NCBI RefSeq assembly: GCF_006345805.1
Contig: NC_043001.1
Coordinates: forward strand, 8,246,001-8,310,000
DNA length: 64,000 bases
Reading direction: 5' to 3'
Origin: Octopus sinensis
Lineage: Eukaryota
The notes beneath the pieces were generated by a model, which made no database searches, was not told the origin of the DNA, and worked only from the letters and a program-made list of their open reading frames with translations. A program made the translations under genes and the position numbers. Position 1 is the stretch's first letter. Every line of letters starts with the position of its first letter. Below are positions 1-11,567 of the stretch, piece by piece.

Positions 1-1185
1 TTGGAAATATAAAGTGGAATATAGCAAAATTATTTTAATGCATTTAAACGAACAAAACTATTTTAGTACTGATATCACATTAGCATTTAAAATTACATCA
101 TTTATTGATATATTTATATATATTATATATGTATTTATTTATTATTTTTGCTTTGAAAATTTTTTCGTTAAGCTATACAAAAAAATGTTACTCATTTTTG
201 TGTGGCAACGATGTATCCAACTTTATGCATATGGAAATGCATAACACCTACACATTAACCAAGAAGATTGTTTTAGGACTTATTTAGAACACACTATATC
301 AACAGTGAGAAATTATTATAAAGATATTTATTTAAAAATTCATGAATAATCTCATTAAACGGATCTCATTAAATCAAACCGAACCAAATACATCAACAGC
401 ATACTGATTATAATAATTATCTATCAAATATGATGCATTAAAGCATTGTATTACACCGCAACATCTGGTGTATTTTGCTTTACTTTGAACTGCGAAACAT
501 AATTGAGTAGATTTTAGTGATTTTTTAAAGGTAGAATATACATCGTGTAGAGCAAATACTATGTAAATAAAGTTGTTTATGTTTTAAAGTTTGGACAGCG
601 ATCGCTGATGATATAATTCATAGCATCAAATACCGCTGGTTTCCAGTATTAACACAAGGCCAGCAATTTCAAGGGAGAGTGTAAGTCGATTAAATCCCCC
701 AAATATTTGGTATTGTGCTAAAATGCGAAACCAATATTTAAATATCATTTTGATTTTTGAGTACTACATAAGAAATATTTGTTACCCAGTTACCTGGTTA
801 TGTCAGTTATAATCTAATAATTTAGACTGAACTCCAGATATATGGATTAAACCCATCCTGCTCAAATACTGATGAAGTTGAAATATACCATATTGTTAAT
901 ATAAATGTGAATTATAATTATATGACGTTAAGATAAATATTTTATACGTTGCCGGGGATAGGATATAGTGTTCACAATTCTATATAGTGACAGCTTCGTC
1001 GTCCATTATTACAAGAAATTGAATATAAAAGGAATACACAGTGTAGGATGACAGTGTCATTGGAGGAACAGTTGAGCGTAGAGATATTTTGGCAATGGAT
1101 AAAACAACAATTCTGCGCAGTATTTGAATAAAACGGCAGATGCATCAATTTATCTGAATGCTTTAATTTAGTAATTATTTAGCAT

Positions 1186-1300
1186 TTAACCATTATGTAA
1201 GAGTTATTTAGCCATTATATAAGAGTTTAGCCATTATATAAGAGTTTAGCCATTATATAAGAGTTTAGCCATTATAGAAGAGTTACTTATAAGAGTTATA
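1186..1300 (+). repeat. Minisatellite, ~19-bp unit TTTAGCCATTATATAAGAG, ~5-6 copies with degenerate ends
   Basis: Tandem copies visible directly at 1207-1283. Confidence 0.9.
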
Positions 1301-2134
1301 ACTGAGATAGAATTATGTGCTGTAATGGAAAATTCGATCGCAAAATGTTTCCCGAACATTGTCAAATCGTAATCCGTTTTTAAGCAGAGATTTCTCGTAA
1401 TCCCAAACATAAAACACATCTTCGTTAGACAGTAAACAAAACCTTTGCTGACAAATAAAGGTTAAACTATAAAATGAACGAGTTATTGATTCAAAGTATA
1501 TTTCTTGGAAAGTACCTATATATTGTCATAGTTTACGAAAATAAAAATTCTATTTTCAATGCTGCAAATTATTTACAAAATAACGATTCTGTTTTAGTCG
1601 ATGCATCGATAAACGGCAATTGAAAATATAAAATGGGTTTTCAAATACGCTGTCAGCACACATTCTGTATCAAGAAACGGTTGTTTTTTCTGCCTATGAA
1701 GTGGCCCTAAGTGTTCCGCATTATCCATCAGACAGGTTCCTACCATCTCAAATAGGCCAATGAATATAAACCCGAGTACATCTTAAAGGTAACAAATTAA
1801 AACAGTTTAGGATTTTAAAAAGTTGTTTCTGGAAATAAATTTTCTCCATAAACACATTTCTTCTTAAGTTACGCGGTCAGTGTTCGATTCGCTTTGAAAT
1901 CAAAATGATTTTAAAAAGAGAGGAATATATCTGCAGAACGGCCCTGCTTCTTCTACAGTATCCTCCTGCTTGACAATTTCACAATTAATGATGCCTTAAC
2001 AGGGTTAAAATCCATTGATCATGCCCTCACACAATTTCCCCATGTCAAACAGTTATGGATTAATAATAACCTGTTGATAAACAAGTACAGATTTATTGAT
2101 GCACTTGAATTATCTGATATTTTGCAAACATAAT

Positions 2135-2352
2135 GGCGGCTAGCTGGCACAATCGTTAGCAGGCCGGGCGAAATTCTAAGCGGTATTTCCCCTGCTGTTA
2201 TGCTCTGAGTTCAAATTCCAACGAGGTCGATTTTGCCTTTCATCCTTTCAGAGTTGATAAATTAAGTACCAGTTGTGTACTAGGGTCAATCTAATCGATT
2301 GACCCCCAACCAAAAAACTTTCGGGCCTTGTGCTTAGAGTAGAAAAGAATAA
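2135..2352 (+). mobile_element. tRNA-derived SINE family A (central GCCTTTCATCCTTTCGGGGTCGATAAATTAAGTACC domain, Meta-SINE-like)
   Basis: A-box-like TAGCTGGCACAATCG and B-box-like GAGTTCAAATTCC; more than 10 homologous copies in the window. Confidence 0.85.
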
Positions 2353-2429
2353 TAACCTTTTAATAAACAAGTACAGATGTACTCGATTTATTGGTACACA
2401 TGAATTATTCAATATTTTGCAAACGTAAG

Positions 2430-2836
2430 GGCGGTGATCTGGCAGAAACGTTAGCATGCAGGGCGAAATGCTTAGCGGCATTTCGTCTGTTGTTACGTTC
2501 TGAGTTCAAATTACGCCTAGGTCGACTTTGCCTTTCATCCTTTCAGGGTCGATTAAATAAGTACCAGTTACGCGCTGGAGTCAATACAGTCAACTTAATC
2601 CGTTTGTCTGTCCTTGAGTGTTCTCTCTGTGTTTAGCCCTTTGTGGGTAGTAAATAAATAGGTATTTCGTCTGAGTTCAAATTCCGCCGAGGTTGACTTT
2701 ACCTTTTATCATTTCGGGGTCAATGAAATAAGTACCAGTTTCGCACTGGGGGGGGGGCGATGTAATCGACTTAATCCCTTTGTCTATCTTTGTTTGTCCC
2801 CTCTATGTTTAGCCCCCGGTGAGCTATAAAGAAATA
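2430..2836 (+). mobile_element. SINE family A, internally dimeric copy
   Basis: Head GGCGGTGATCTGGCAGAAACGTTAGC; the body from CTGAGTTCAAATT onward occurs twice. Confidence 0.85.
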
Positions 2837-2875
2837 AACATTTTGTAATCATAATTCCGCATTTGCGCGAATTAG

Positions 2876-3172
2876 ATGGCTCAGTGTTTACAGCGTCGGA
2901 TTCACGATCATGAGATAGAGCGGTCGATTCCCGTAACGGGCTGTGCATTGAGTTCTTGAGCAAGGCACTCTAATTTACGTTGCCTTGGTTCACTCAACTG
3001 TAGAAATGAGTTGCGACTTCACGGGTACGAGGGTGCATCAGTCTTTTTCTTTACTTGGATACTTTTGGTTGTGTGGAGTGGGCAGAGTGGAATGTTTGGA
3101 TGACTGCTTGCTTTTGATGAACTGCCTTGTCCGGATTTGTGTCAGGGAGGGTACTTCAGAGTTTTAATCCCA
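2876..3172 (+). mobile_element. tRNA-derived SINE family C (CORE-like TTCTTGAGCAAGGCACT), degenerate
   Basis: TGGCTCAGTG A-box and GGTCGATTCCC B-box; homologous to 59785-60121 (minus) and to the head of 26798-27050. Confidence 0.75.
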
Positions 3173-3174
3173 TG

Positions 3175-3268
3175 GGCATATGGCGTAAGTTGTTAAGAAC
3201 GCGGGCTTCTAACGCCAAGAATCCGAGTTTGATTCCAGGCAGTCACCTGAATAATAATAATAATAATA

Positions 3269-3327
<59 letters not shown>

Positions 3328-3530
3328 TGATCATGATGATGAGGAGGAGGTGGATGACGATAATGATAATAATATCCAAAAAATAATTTAGGAATCAGAA
3401 CACAGTTTCGAAATTTCACTAGGAAACCTGATGAAGGCTGGAGAGTGCATCTGCCGAAGCTTTGTGTTAACAGCAAACAAGATCAGGAAAATATCCGTCA
3501 AATGTAAATAATATAAATAATGTACACATT
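3175..3530 (+). mobile_element. Composite element: tRNA-like head + (AAT)n + degenerate hammerhead-like, Penelope-type tail
   Basis: TGGCGTAAGTTGTTAAG...GAGTTTGATTCC head; (AAT)n at 3250-3373; CTGATGA-AGGCTG...CTGCC-GAAG at 3428-3459. Confidence 0.55.
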
Positions 3531-4432
3531 TCCTCATCTCTCAAATATAGAACTGTGTAATCCCAATGTCATTCACGACCGATGATGTTCTTTACCCCTT
3601 TCAACATGTTAGAAAGTACCTGACTTCACTGAAAGAAAAAAAGACAAAGAAGTTTCTATGGTAAATAATTGGCAATAATAATATTAATTTTCAGGTAAAT
3701 GTTGATGTATTTAAAGATTATTTTTCACTTCGACATATTGGAAAATAGTAAAGAAAAGAGAAATAATTCAACACGTTTATACGCTGGGAGTGATCGACGT
3801 TCGAGTGATAGATGCTTAAAATCCGTGGCAGTGATATATTTTTGCTTCTACAGTAAACCGTGAAATAGTAGTAAAATAATACCAGTGTGTCGGATGTTTT
3901 AACATGAACTCTACCTTTTTGAAGAGAATTAGGACATACGTGATATATTGTTATGGTGCGGAGATATCCATTCTTCTTGTTTTCTGCCCAGGAAAAGGAG
4001 TCTTTACTTTACATTTTAGCGCTAGTTGTCATCCATTTGAAACTTCGTGAATTAAATTATAGCCGACGCCATTTCTTCGTTTGAGGATTGCATTAGTTTA
4101 CGTGACATTGCCAACGACAAATAAAGAACACAAATCTTTATTAGGTCGAAGAACTGCGCCAAACTTATAAATTCAACATTGAAATCGTAACAAGATGAAG
4201 ACATAAAGAGATATGAACCTTTAAAGACTACTCCCAGAAAGCTTTCTCTTCACCTTTTTCTTGCGTTTCCTCGGGATGTGTCCCAACCTAATTTTTTTTA
4301 CTACAATACAGGAAGGATTCTGCGTGTCACAGTTTCCTTCATAAAATTACATACAAACATACATGAACATACAGATACACATCAATCTGTGTGAGGAATT
4401 TAAGGAATGAAGGTGTTACATTTCTAACGTGC

Positions 4433-4450
4433 ACACACTCACACGCATAT

Positions 4451-4537
<87 letters not shown>

Positions 4538-4578
4538 TGTGTGCATATACGTATACAAACACGCACACATACATACGG

Positions 4579-4643
<65 letters not shown>
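4433..4643. repeat. Compound (CA)n/(TA)n microsatellite
   Basis: Visible directly. Confidence 0.95.
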
Positions 4644-4790
4644 TAAATAATTAGGATTCAGCAAAGATTTTCTTTACCACATTAGTATTACTTAAGTTTA
4701 CCATGAAATGGTCCTTTTTTCATGCCGAATTCTACTTGGTGAAATTACTGATTACTTCTTAATTAATTAAGTTTACCCTTTGTTATATAT
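4641..4790. mobile_element. Short fragment of the hammerhead-bearing Penelope-like family seen at 15660-16724
   Basis: Shares TAGTATTACTTAA...CATGCCGAA.tCTACTTGGTG...AATTAATTAA..TT.ACCCTT with 16031-16124. Confidence 0.6.
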
Positions 4791-5358
4791 ATTCCACTTC
4801 CTGAGCGCCTATTAATAATAATACTGTAATTGTTCCATTGTTGTTGTTTTTTTGTTTCCCGTTTGGATTAAAATTATATATATATATATATATATATATG
4901 CATGTGTGTGTATCTTTGCGTGAGTGCGGAGGAGAAGGAGCGCGTTTCTACATTCAGTTATAATAATTTCAATTGTTGGCACAAGGCCAGCAAATTCGAG
5001 GAGCGAATAATTACCCAGTATTCAAATGCTAATTATTTTATGGTCCTCAAAAGGTTAAAAGGCTAAGTCGACATGGGTAATTTGGATTCAGAACAAAAAA
5101 AATAAACGAAAAGCAGCTTAGCATTGTATCTAGAGTGTTACCCATTCTGACAGCTTACCGACTTTGATATGATTTCCTTATAATAAAAGCTATTTTCAAT
5201 CAATCTAATGAGTTCCTCGACACATTTTTAAAGAGAAAATTTATCATTCTTCAACAAGAATATTATTAACAGCCTATTAGAAATTCGGTCAATGAACGCA
5301 ACGTGAGGCATTTCGATAATAATATTCAACAATATTTTTGTTTTAAAATTTTCTCCCA

Positions 5359-5372
5359 ATCTCTCTGTCTAT

Positions 5373-5420
<48 letters not shown>

Positions 5421-5451
5421 TTATCTGTCTTCCTCTCTCTCTGTCTCTCTC

Positions 5452-5519
<68 letters not shown>

Positions 5520-5530
5520 ATATATAAATA

Positions 5531-5585
<55 letters not shown>

Positions 5586-5586
5586 T
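5359..5586. repeat. (TCTA)n, (TC)n and (TA)n microsatellites
   Basis: Visible directly. Confidence 0.95.
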
Positions 5587-5886
5587 GCTGTATTTCGGGA
5601 GAGAATACATGACGTCTATTCGCAATAATACACCGCACTGATTCGTTAGGAAAATATAGGTTCACGAAAGGAACGGATAGAAGCTCCTGAGTTTGGTGAA
5701 GAATAAACAATAAAGCAATAAACAATAAGGACAGAGGTACATTAGGGCTGTTTCGAACGTGTTCATTACTGATGACCGGAATTTTTTTTTCTTAACATAT
5801 ACATCTTTCGTTCATAAATAAACAACATACCTGAAACATTTCTATCGTCAACATATCAGCATTATTGCTTATAAATATATATATAT

Positions 5887-8800
5887 GATTTTGAATTTGA
5901 TTTTGATTTTTTCCAGTTTCAGCTAATGAGCTGTGGCAATGCTGGGGCACCGCCATTTGGTTTGCTACACGATTTTACCTCACGGATGCTTTTTAGCAAA
6001 CGCCATCTGATGCATGAGAGAGTTCGATGCAGCTGCCCTCATCTGCACCTCCTGCCGTGAAGTTGGTTCACCCGGGACACCTCACAGGAAGAGGTCCAGT
6101 CCTACTTTAAAGACATCCGCATCTACACCATGCAGGTCCCTCAGGTTCTTCGGGAGGATATTGAAGAGCTGTGGGCCTCTGAAGCCCAGGCTATCACAGT
6201 ATCTTGTCCTACATCTTGATGGCAAATTTGGAGTACTTGGTACTACGCAGTGGCGCCCGGTTCTGGCATTTGTGTGACTCTCGATGCCAAAGTTTGGGAC
6301 AAGTCCTTCCAGGATCTTCCAGATATATATTATGGCATATCTTTCTCGCCTACGCTCCAGGGAATAGAGCTTTAATCTCTTGAGTCTTTCCCAGTAGCTC
6401 ATATGCTGCACAGAGGCTATCTTCTTCGTGTAGCTTCGTTGGATCGCCTCAAGTTCTGTGATCATCTTGACACTGGATGGTGACCATAGCTGAGAGCAAT
6501 AGTCAAAGTGGCTTAGGACAAGTGTCTTCCAGAGGACCATCATGGTTTCTTGTTCTCTTGTTCTAAAGGTTCTAAGAATCCATCCAGCCAGCCGTCTGCA
6601 TTTCATTGCCAGTTTAGCAGCATGTACATGAAAGGTCGCGTCATCACTCATGTGAATACCTAAGTCACGCACTGATTGTGCCTCTGGGATTGCAATCCCT
6701 CCGGGTCCAGTGTATTCATTGGGTATTGCATTCAGTTTTGCATGCTGATAGTATAAAGCTTGAAACTTTTCAGCATTGAACTGCATGCTATTCTTTTCAG
6801 CCCGCTTGTATATTTCGTCCAGCTCACATTGCAGGTGCTTAGTGTCTTCAGGGTTCTGTATTGCCTGTGAGACTTTTGTATCATCTGCATAACTTGTGAT
6901 CGTGGCTCTCTGCGTGGCTGAGGGCATGTCTGAGAGGGCCATTATGAACAGTAGTGGTCCCAAAACAGTGCCCTGCGGAACACCGCTCACTATTTGCGTG
7001 TTAATGGAAGTGGACCAATTGGCTGTTAACACCTGACTTCTATTCTTCAGAAAGTCATGAAGCCATTCTCCCAATTTTCCAACTATGCCAAGATCACGCA
7101 GTTTGTGACATATCATTCCATGATCGACTTTATCAAAGGCCTTTGCAAAGTCGAGATATATGACTTCCACATTTGAGTGGTTGAGCAGTTGTTTCAGCAC
7201 CCAGTCATAGTGTTGTAGGAGCTGAGTTAAGCAGCTTCTTCCTGGTCGGAAACCATGTTGGGTGTCAGGCAGCAAGTCATTTTCTTCAAGGAAGGTGATT
7301 AGTTTCCTTCTGACTATTCGTTCCATGACCTTGCTGATGTGTGAGGTTAGGGAGATAGGTCTGTAGTTCTTGGCCTCCGCTCTGCTACCTCCTTTATGAA
7401 TAGGGCATATTTTACCTTCCTTCAGTTTACTTGGAAGTTTGCCAGTTGCAAGGAAGCTCTGAAAGAGAGACCGCAGTGGCCTTACTAGGACCCTCTTACA
7501 TACTTTTAGAAGGATTGCTGGGAATCCATCGGGGCCAGTAGCTGAGTTTGTTTCCATCTCATCTATAGCCTTTATTACATCGTCTTCCTTTATATTGATG
7601 TAATCAATCATCGCCGCCTCTGACCCCATATCTGCAGTGGTGAAGAAGTCAATTGGATTGCTGATTTGGAAATGCCCAAGTGGTGGGGTGAAAACACTCT
7701 TGAATTGCTCATTTAGTATTTCACTTACCCTCATTGGATTTCCTGTGAGTGTGCCATCCCTTTCAAGGAGTGGCCCTATCCTACAGTGCACCGTAGCTGT
7801 TTCTTTGGCATACCTGTAGAAAGCTCTGGGGTTAGATTTTATGTTGTCTATAGCCCAGGCTTCTTTGTCTGCTCTTTCCTTTTCATGGGAGAGTTGCAGA
7901 CAGTTTTCAATTTCCAACAGTTTCATTTTCAGGCGGGACTTTTCACTGCTTTCAATTTGTTTGTTTAGGCGATTTGAGATTTTTGTGCGCCGTCTCATTA
8001 GAATTTTCCTCTCTCTGGGTATTTTGTTCTTGTGTATAATGGCCTTTCTCTCTGGGACACATTTGTAGCATATGGCTTGCATTACAGACATGAATTGTTG
8101 AAGTTTCATGTCGATGTCCGGCGACGAGAGACATTCAGGCCAGTTTTGTTTGAGGATCTCTTTCTCAATTTGTTTCCAGTTTGCCTTATTGAAGTTCAAG
8201 CTGGAAAGATTCTGAGAGTTTCTTGTAGGCTGCATGTCCATTGTTTCCTTTGGCCCGTACATGGTCAGCTCTACCATGTTGTGATCCGAGAGTAGTGTCG
8301 GCGTCACTTTCACATTATGAATGAGATCCATATTATTTGTGAAGCAGAGATCCAGTGTGTTAGCTGCCCTGGTTGGTTGGAGTATTACTTGCTCCATGTA
8401 CAGGGTGTTGATGAGGTTCAGGAGGGACCTCGCCTGTCCCCGTTCACATCGTGTCATTCCTGGGAGACATCTGACATTGGGCAGGTTGAAGTCTCCCATG
8501 AGAAGTACACTTATGTGCTGTTCTAGTGTGACTAGAACTTCTTCTATTTTTATAAGGCAGTCTTCAAACTTGCCCATATGGCTCGGGGCATCTGGAGGGC
8601 GATATGTAGCACACACAACTACACCAAGTTGCCTTACATGTACAATTAGTGTGTCACACACCGAGTTTGAGTATGACAAAAGGACCTGGGGTGTGAGGTC
8701 CTCACGGATGTACATAGCAACTCCTCCATGACTCCTTTCTTTTCTGTCGGTCCGTAGTACAACATACTGTGGTATGTGTACTTTCGCATCCGCTATGTCC

Positions 8801-9059
8801 GGTTTCAGGTGTGTTTCCGTAAGTGCTATGCATAAGGCTTGATTGCATGCAACAAAGTCTCTCAAGAACGGGACTTTTGTCCTGTTACTGTGTGTTAGTA
8901 GTCCTCTGATGTTCAGTAGGAGCATCGAGGTGAGGTGTATGCTGTTGCCGGTGGTGTCCACCTTGGGTCTATTTGCTGTGGTGGTCTTGTGAACTGTGGG
9001 TAGTCCCATCTGCGAGCTTGAGTTTGATGGAGCCAGGTTAGCTGCTGTACAATATTTTG

Positions 9060-9063
<4 letters not shown>
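5887..9063 (-). mobile_element. CR1-group non-LTR retrotransposon, 5'-truncated (no ORF1), flanked by TA repeats
   Basis: Long APE+RT ORF; 3' stem-loop CAGCT-CATT-AGCTG followed by a (CAAAAT)n-like tail; TA repeats on both sides. Confidence 0.93.
6082..9009 (-). CDS. LINE ORF2: apurinic-like endonuclease + reverse transcriptase (~975 aa from the first in-element Met; premature stop removes the last 34 codons)
   Basis: APE motifs LLNIRGL, LTETHL, GGVAMYI, YRPP, GDFN, TLDLCF, SDH; RT motifs NYRPISLTS, QHGFR, YLDFAKAFDKV, GVPQGTVLGP, YADD, RDLG; CR1-group C-terminus SYWERLKRLKLYSLERRRER. Confidence 0.92.
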   Translation of the reverse strand: MGLPTVHKTTTANRPKVDTTGNSIHLTSMLLLNIRGLLTHSNRTKVPFLRDFVACNQALCIALTETHLKPDIADAKVHIPQYVVLRTDRKERSHGGVAMYIREDLTPQVLLSYSNSVCDTLIVHVRQLGVVVCATYRPPDAPSHMGKFEDCLIKIEEVLVTLEQHISVLLMGDFNLPNVRCLPGMTRCERGQARSLLNLINTLYMEQVILQPTRAANTLDLCFTNNMDLIHNVKVTPTLLSDHNMVELTMYGPKETMDMQPTRNSQNLSSLNFNKANWKQIEKEILKQNWPECLSSPDIDMKLQQFMSVMQAICYKCVPERKAIIHKNKIPRERKILMRRRTKISNRLNKQIESSEKSRLKMKLLEIENCLQLSHEKERADKEAWAIDNIKSNPRAFYRYAKETATVHCRIGPLLERDGTLTGNPMRVSEILNEQFKSVFTPPLGHFQISNPIDFFTTADMGSEAAMIDYINIKEDDVIKAIDEMETNSATGPDGFPAILLKVCKRVLVRPLRSLFQSFLATGKLPSKLKEGKICPIHKGGSRAEAKNYRPISLTSHISKVMERIVRRKLITFLEENDLLPDTQHGFRPGRSCLTQLLQHYDWVLKQLLNHSNVEVIYLDFAKAFDKVDHGMICHKLRDLGIVGKLGEWLHDFLKNRSQVLTANWSTSINTQIVSGVPQGTVLGPLLFIMALSDMPSATQRATITSYADDTKVSQAIQNPEDTKHLQCELDEIYKRAEKNSMQFNAEKFQALYYQHAKLNAIPNEYTGPGGIAIPEAQSVRDLGIHMSDDATFHVHAAKLAMKCRRLAGWILRTFRTREQETMMVLWKTLVLSHFDYCSQLWSPSSVKMITELEAIQRSYTKKIASVQHMSYWERLKRLKLYSLERRRERYAIIYIWKILEGLVPNFGIESHTNARTGRHCVVPSTPNLPSRCRTRYCDSLGFRGPQLFNILPKNLRDLHGVDADVFKVGLDLFL

Positions 9064-9103
<40 letters not shown>

Positions 9104-9108
<5 letters not shown>

Positions 9109-9260
9109 AAATTCTCGAAAAAACAAAAAGACGAAGACAGGTGGCGTAGAAAACAAACCGATATATTAGCATAGCGCCCAGGAATTGAAAAAGTCTTTAA
9201 CGTTTCGAGCCTACGCTCTTCCACAGAAAGGAACACAGAAAGAAACAAGGAGAGAATAGA
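9104..9260 (-). mobile_element. Short dispersed element with a variant hammerhead-like motif (Penelope-like terminal fragment)
   Basis: Minus strand CTTT-CTGTGGA-A-GAGCGTAGGCTC-GAAACGTT-AAAG; homologues at 11568, 28458, 28838 and 62663. Confidence 0.65.
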
Positions 9261-9277
9261 TGTATGTAGTGGCTTCA

Positions 9278-9290
9278 GATATATATATAT

Positions 9291-9379
<89 letters not shown>

Positions 9380-9480
9380 CATCCAGCAACAGGTAAATTC
9401 CATTGTCTCGACCACGGTCGAACAATGATGATGATATATACGTTCATATAATACACGCGCATATTTTACATATATATATA

Positions 9481-9555
<75 letters not shown>

Positions 9556-9612
9556 TCATATACATGTGTGTGTGTATACAGAAAGAGCTAGATAATAGAT
9601 AGATAGATACAA
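9278..9612. repeat. (TA)n/(CA)n microsatellite cluster
   Basis: Visible directly. Confidence 0.9.
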
Positions 9613-11248
9613 ACGTACATATATGCATAGAAATATAATAGAGTTATATAATGATACATCATTGGATTGGGGATTTGGACAGTACATAGATACTTACACA
9701 GATATTGTTTGGCTCTTTATGAATATAACATGATCATTTCATTCACACATCGGAATAGCTGTCTTCATAAACACTGAAACGTATGAAAATGTATGTGAGG
9801 AAATGACAACTTCGCTTTCAAGTGAAGGCGAAAATAAGTTTTCACACGTTTACTTAATATTTTTTTCTTGAAATATGTTTTTATACATCGAAATTTATTT
9901 CAAATATACAATCATGTATATGCTATATTACCAGAGTTGATGTGATATATGAGCATATCATGGTATGATATATAAATTCAAAAATATACATGAAATTACT
10001 ATGCTTCCTCAGTTTCATAAATATACGTAAATTTGAATCTCATGTATAAATATCAAATATAAATTCAACGGGCATCAAGATAACCGGTTAACATGATTAT
10101 GCTCTAATTTACATACACTACTTCGGTATAATTCCAGCAGATTCCAATAATATTTTCTAATAATGTATTTCATATTTAATCTTGACTATATCATGAATCA
10201 TTCGTCAGAAATCCTAGACTCTACTTCATAGAACAAATGTGAAAATATCTTACGATATATTCTTTAATGATGCTAGCAAGTTTATGTCCTAAACAAGTTA
10301 TTGTAAATAAATCCATAGCAGAATGAATTTGAGAATATTGAAGGGTTATATTTATTGATTTTAGAGGCATTTCTTTCTTGGTTCGGTAAAATTATTATTT
10401 TCCTCTAAAATATCTAAGATTGAAAAGGGTTATGCAGAATATACATAAATGATTATTCTAATTTATTTCCTTGCCAAAAGTTGACAACCAGTCATTAGAA
10501 TTTTAAGTGCAGCAAATAATGAACATTTCTAACAATCCCGTCAGAATGAAATGGTAATATTTCTATTTTAACGACCAGGAAATAAAGGGGTGTAAGTGAA
10601 ATTATGCCATACAACCGGATAAATCTAATTCATTAAATATTTGAATAAAAATAATTTTAAATTCGTAATAGAATTGAAATATATATTTATATTGATTGCA
10701 TGAAAAGAATATTTTAACTGCAGCGATACATTCAAAACTTCAAAGTAAACGGGTCATAATTCATTTTAATGGGTCTGGCGCACTTTTTTAACAAGCAATC
10801 GTGTGAATATAAAATCATGTAGGAAGAATATCTGTTTTTATGTTACATATTATTGCCATTTTGGTGTAGTCAGACAAGAAAAATATGCAGAGGATAACAT
10901 TTTACTATCCATAATAGATGGGAGATATTGAATCGACACATTATTTTATTGCTAAATAAATTAGTTAAAGTACTCAAAACACACTCTCTGTTATCAAGCG
11001 TTTCAATGCAATCCTTTGCAGCAAAAGAACCAGAAATATGCTAACACTTATACTGATAATATTTACAATCACAAATTTTAATATTATTTCTATTAGTATT
11101 AGTAGTGGATGGTATCTATACAGAAGTACTATTGGTAACATTCCCATTATTAGCACAGGAATTTCAGCAAATATATATATTTATATGAAAGAACCGAAAT
11201 GCCCGATGATACAAGGCACATCACTAGATGTGTCCAGATGCATGTACA

Positions 11249-11254
<6 letters not shown>

Positions 11255-11340
<86 letters not shown>

Positions 11341-11562
11341 TATGTATATATATGTATATACATAGACATATATATATATGTATACATATATATATATATA
11401 TGTATATATGTGTGTGTGTGTGTGTGTGTGGTGTGTGTGTGTGTGTGTATATATGTATATGTATATATATGTATATACATAGACATATATATATATGTAT
11501 ACATATATATATATATATGTATATATGTGTGTGTGTGTGTGTTGTGTGTGTGTGTGTGTGTA
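11255..11562. repeat. Compound (TA)n/(TG)n microsatellite with a ~118-bp higher-order duplication
   Basis: The block ...TATACATAGACATATA... occurs at ~11360 and ~11478. Confidence 0.85.
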
Positions 11563-11567
11563 TAATT

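Noticed and set aside
9064-9156. N-terminal extension of the 1024-aa ORF (MFSTPP...YIYIY)
   Set aside because: This is read-through of a neighbouring repeat and (TA)n, not part of the LINE.
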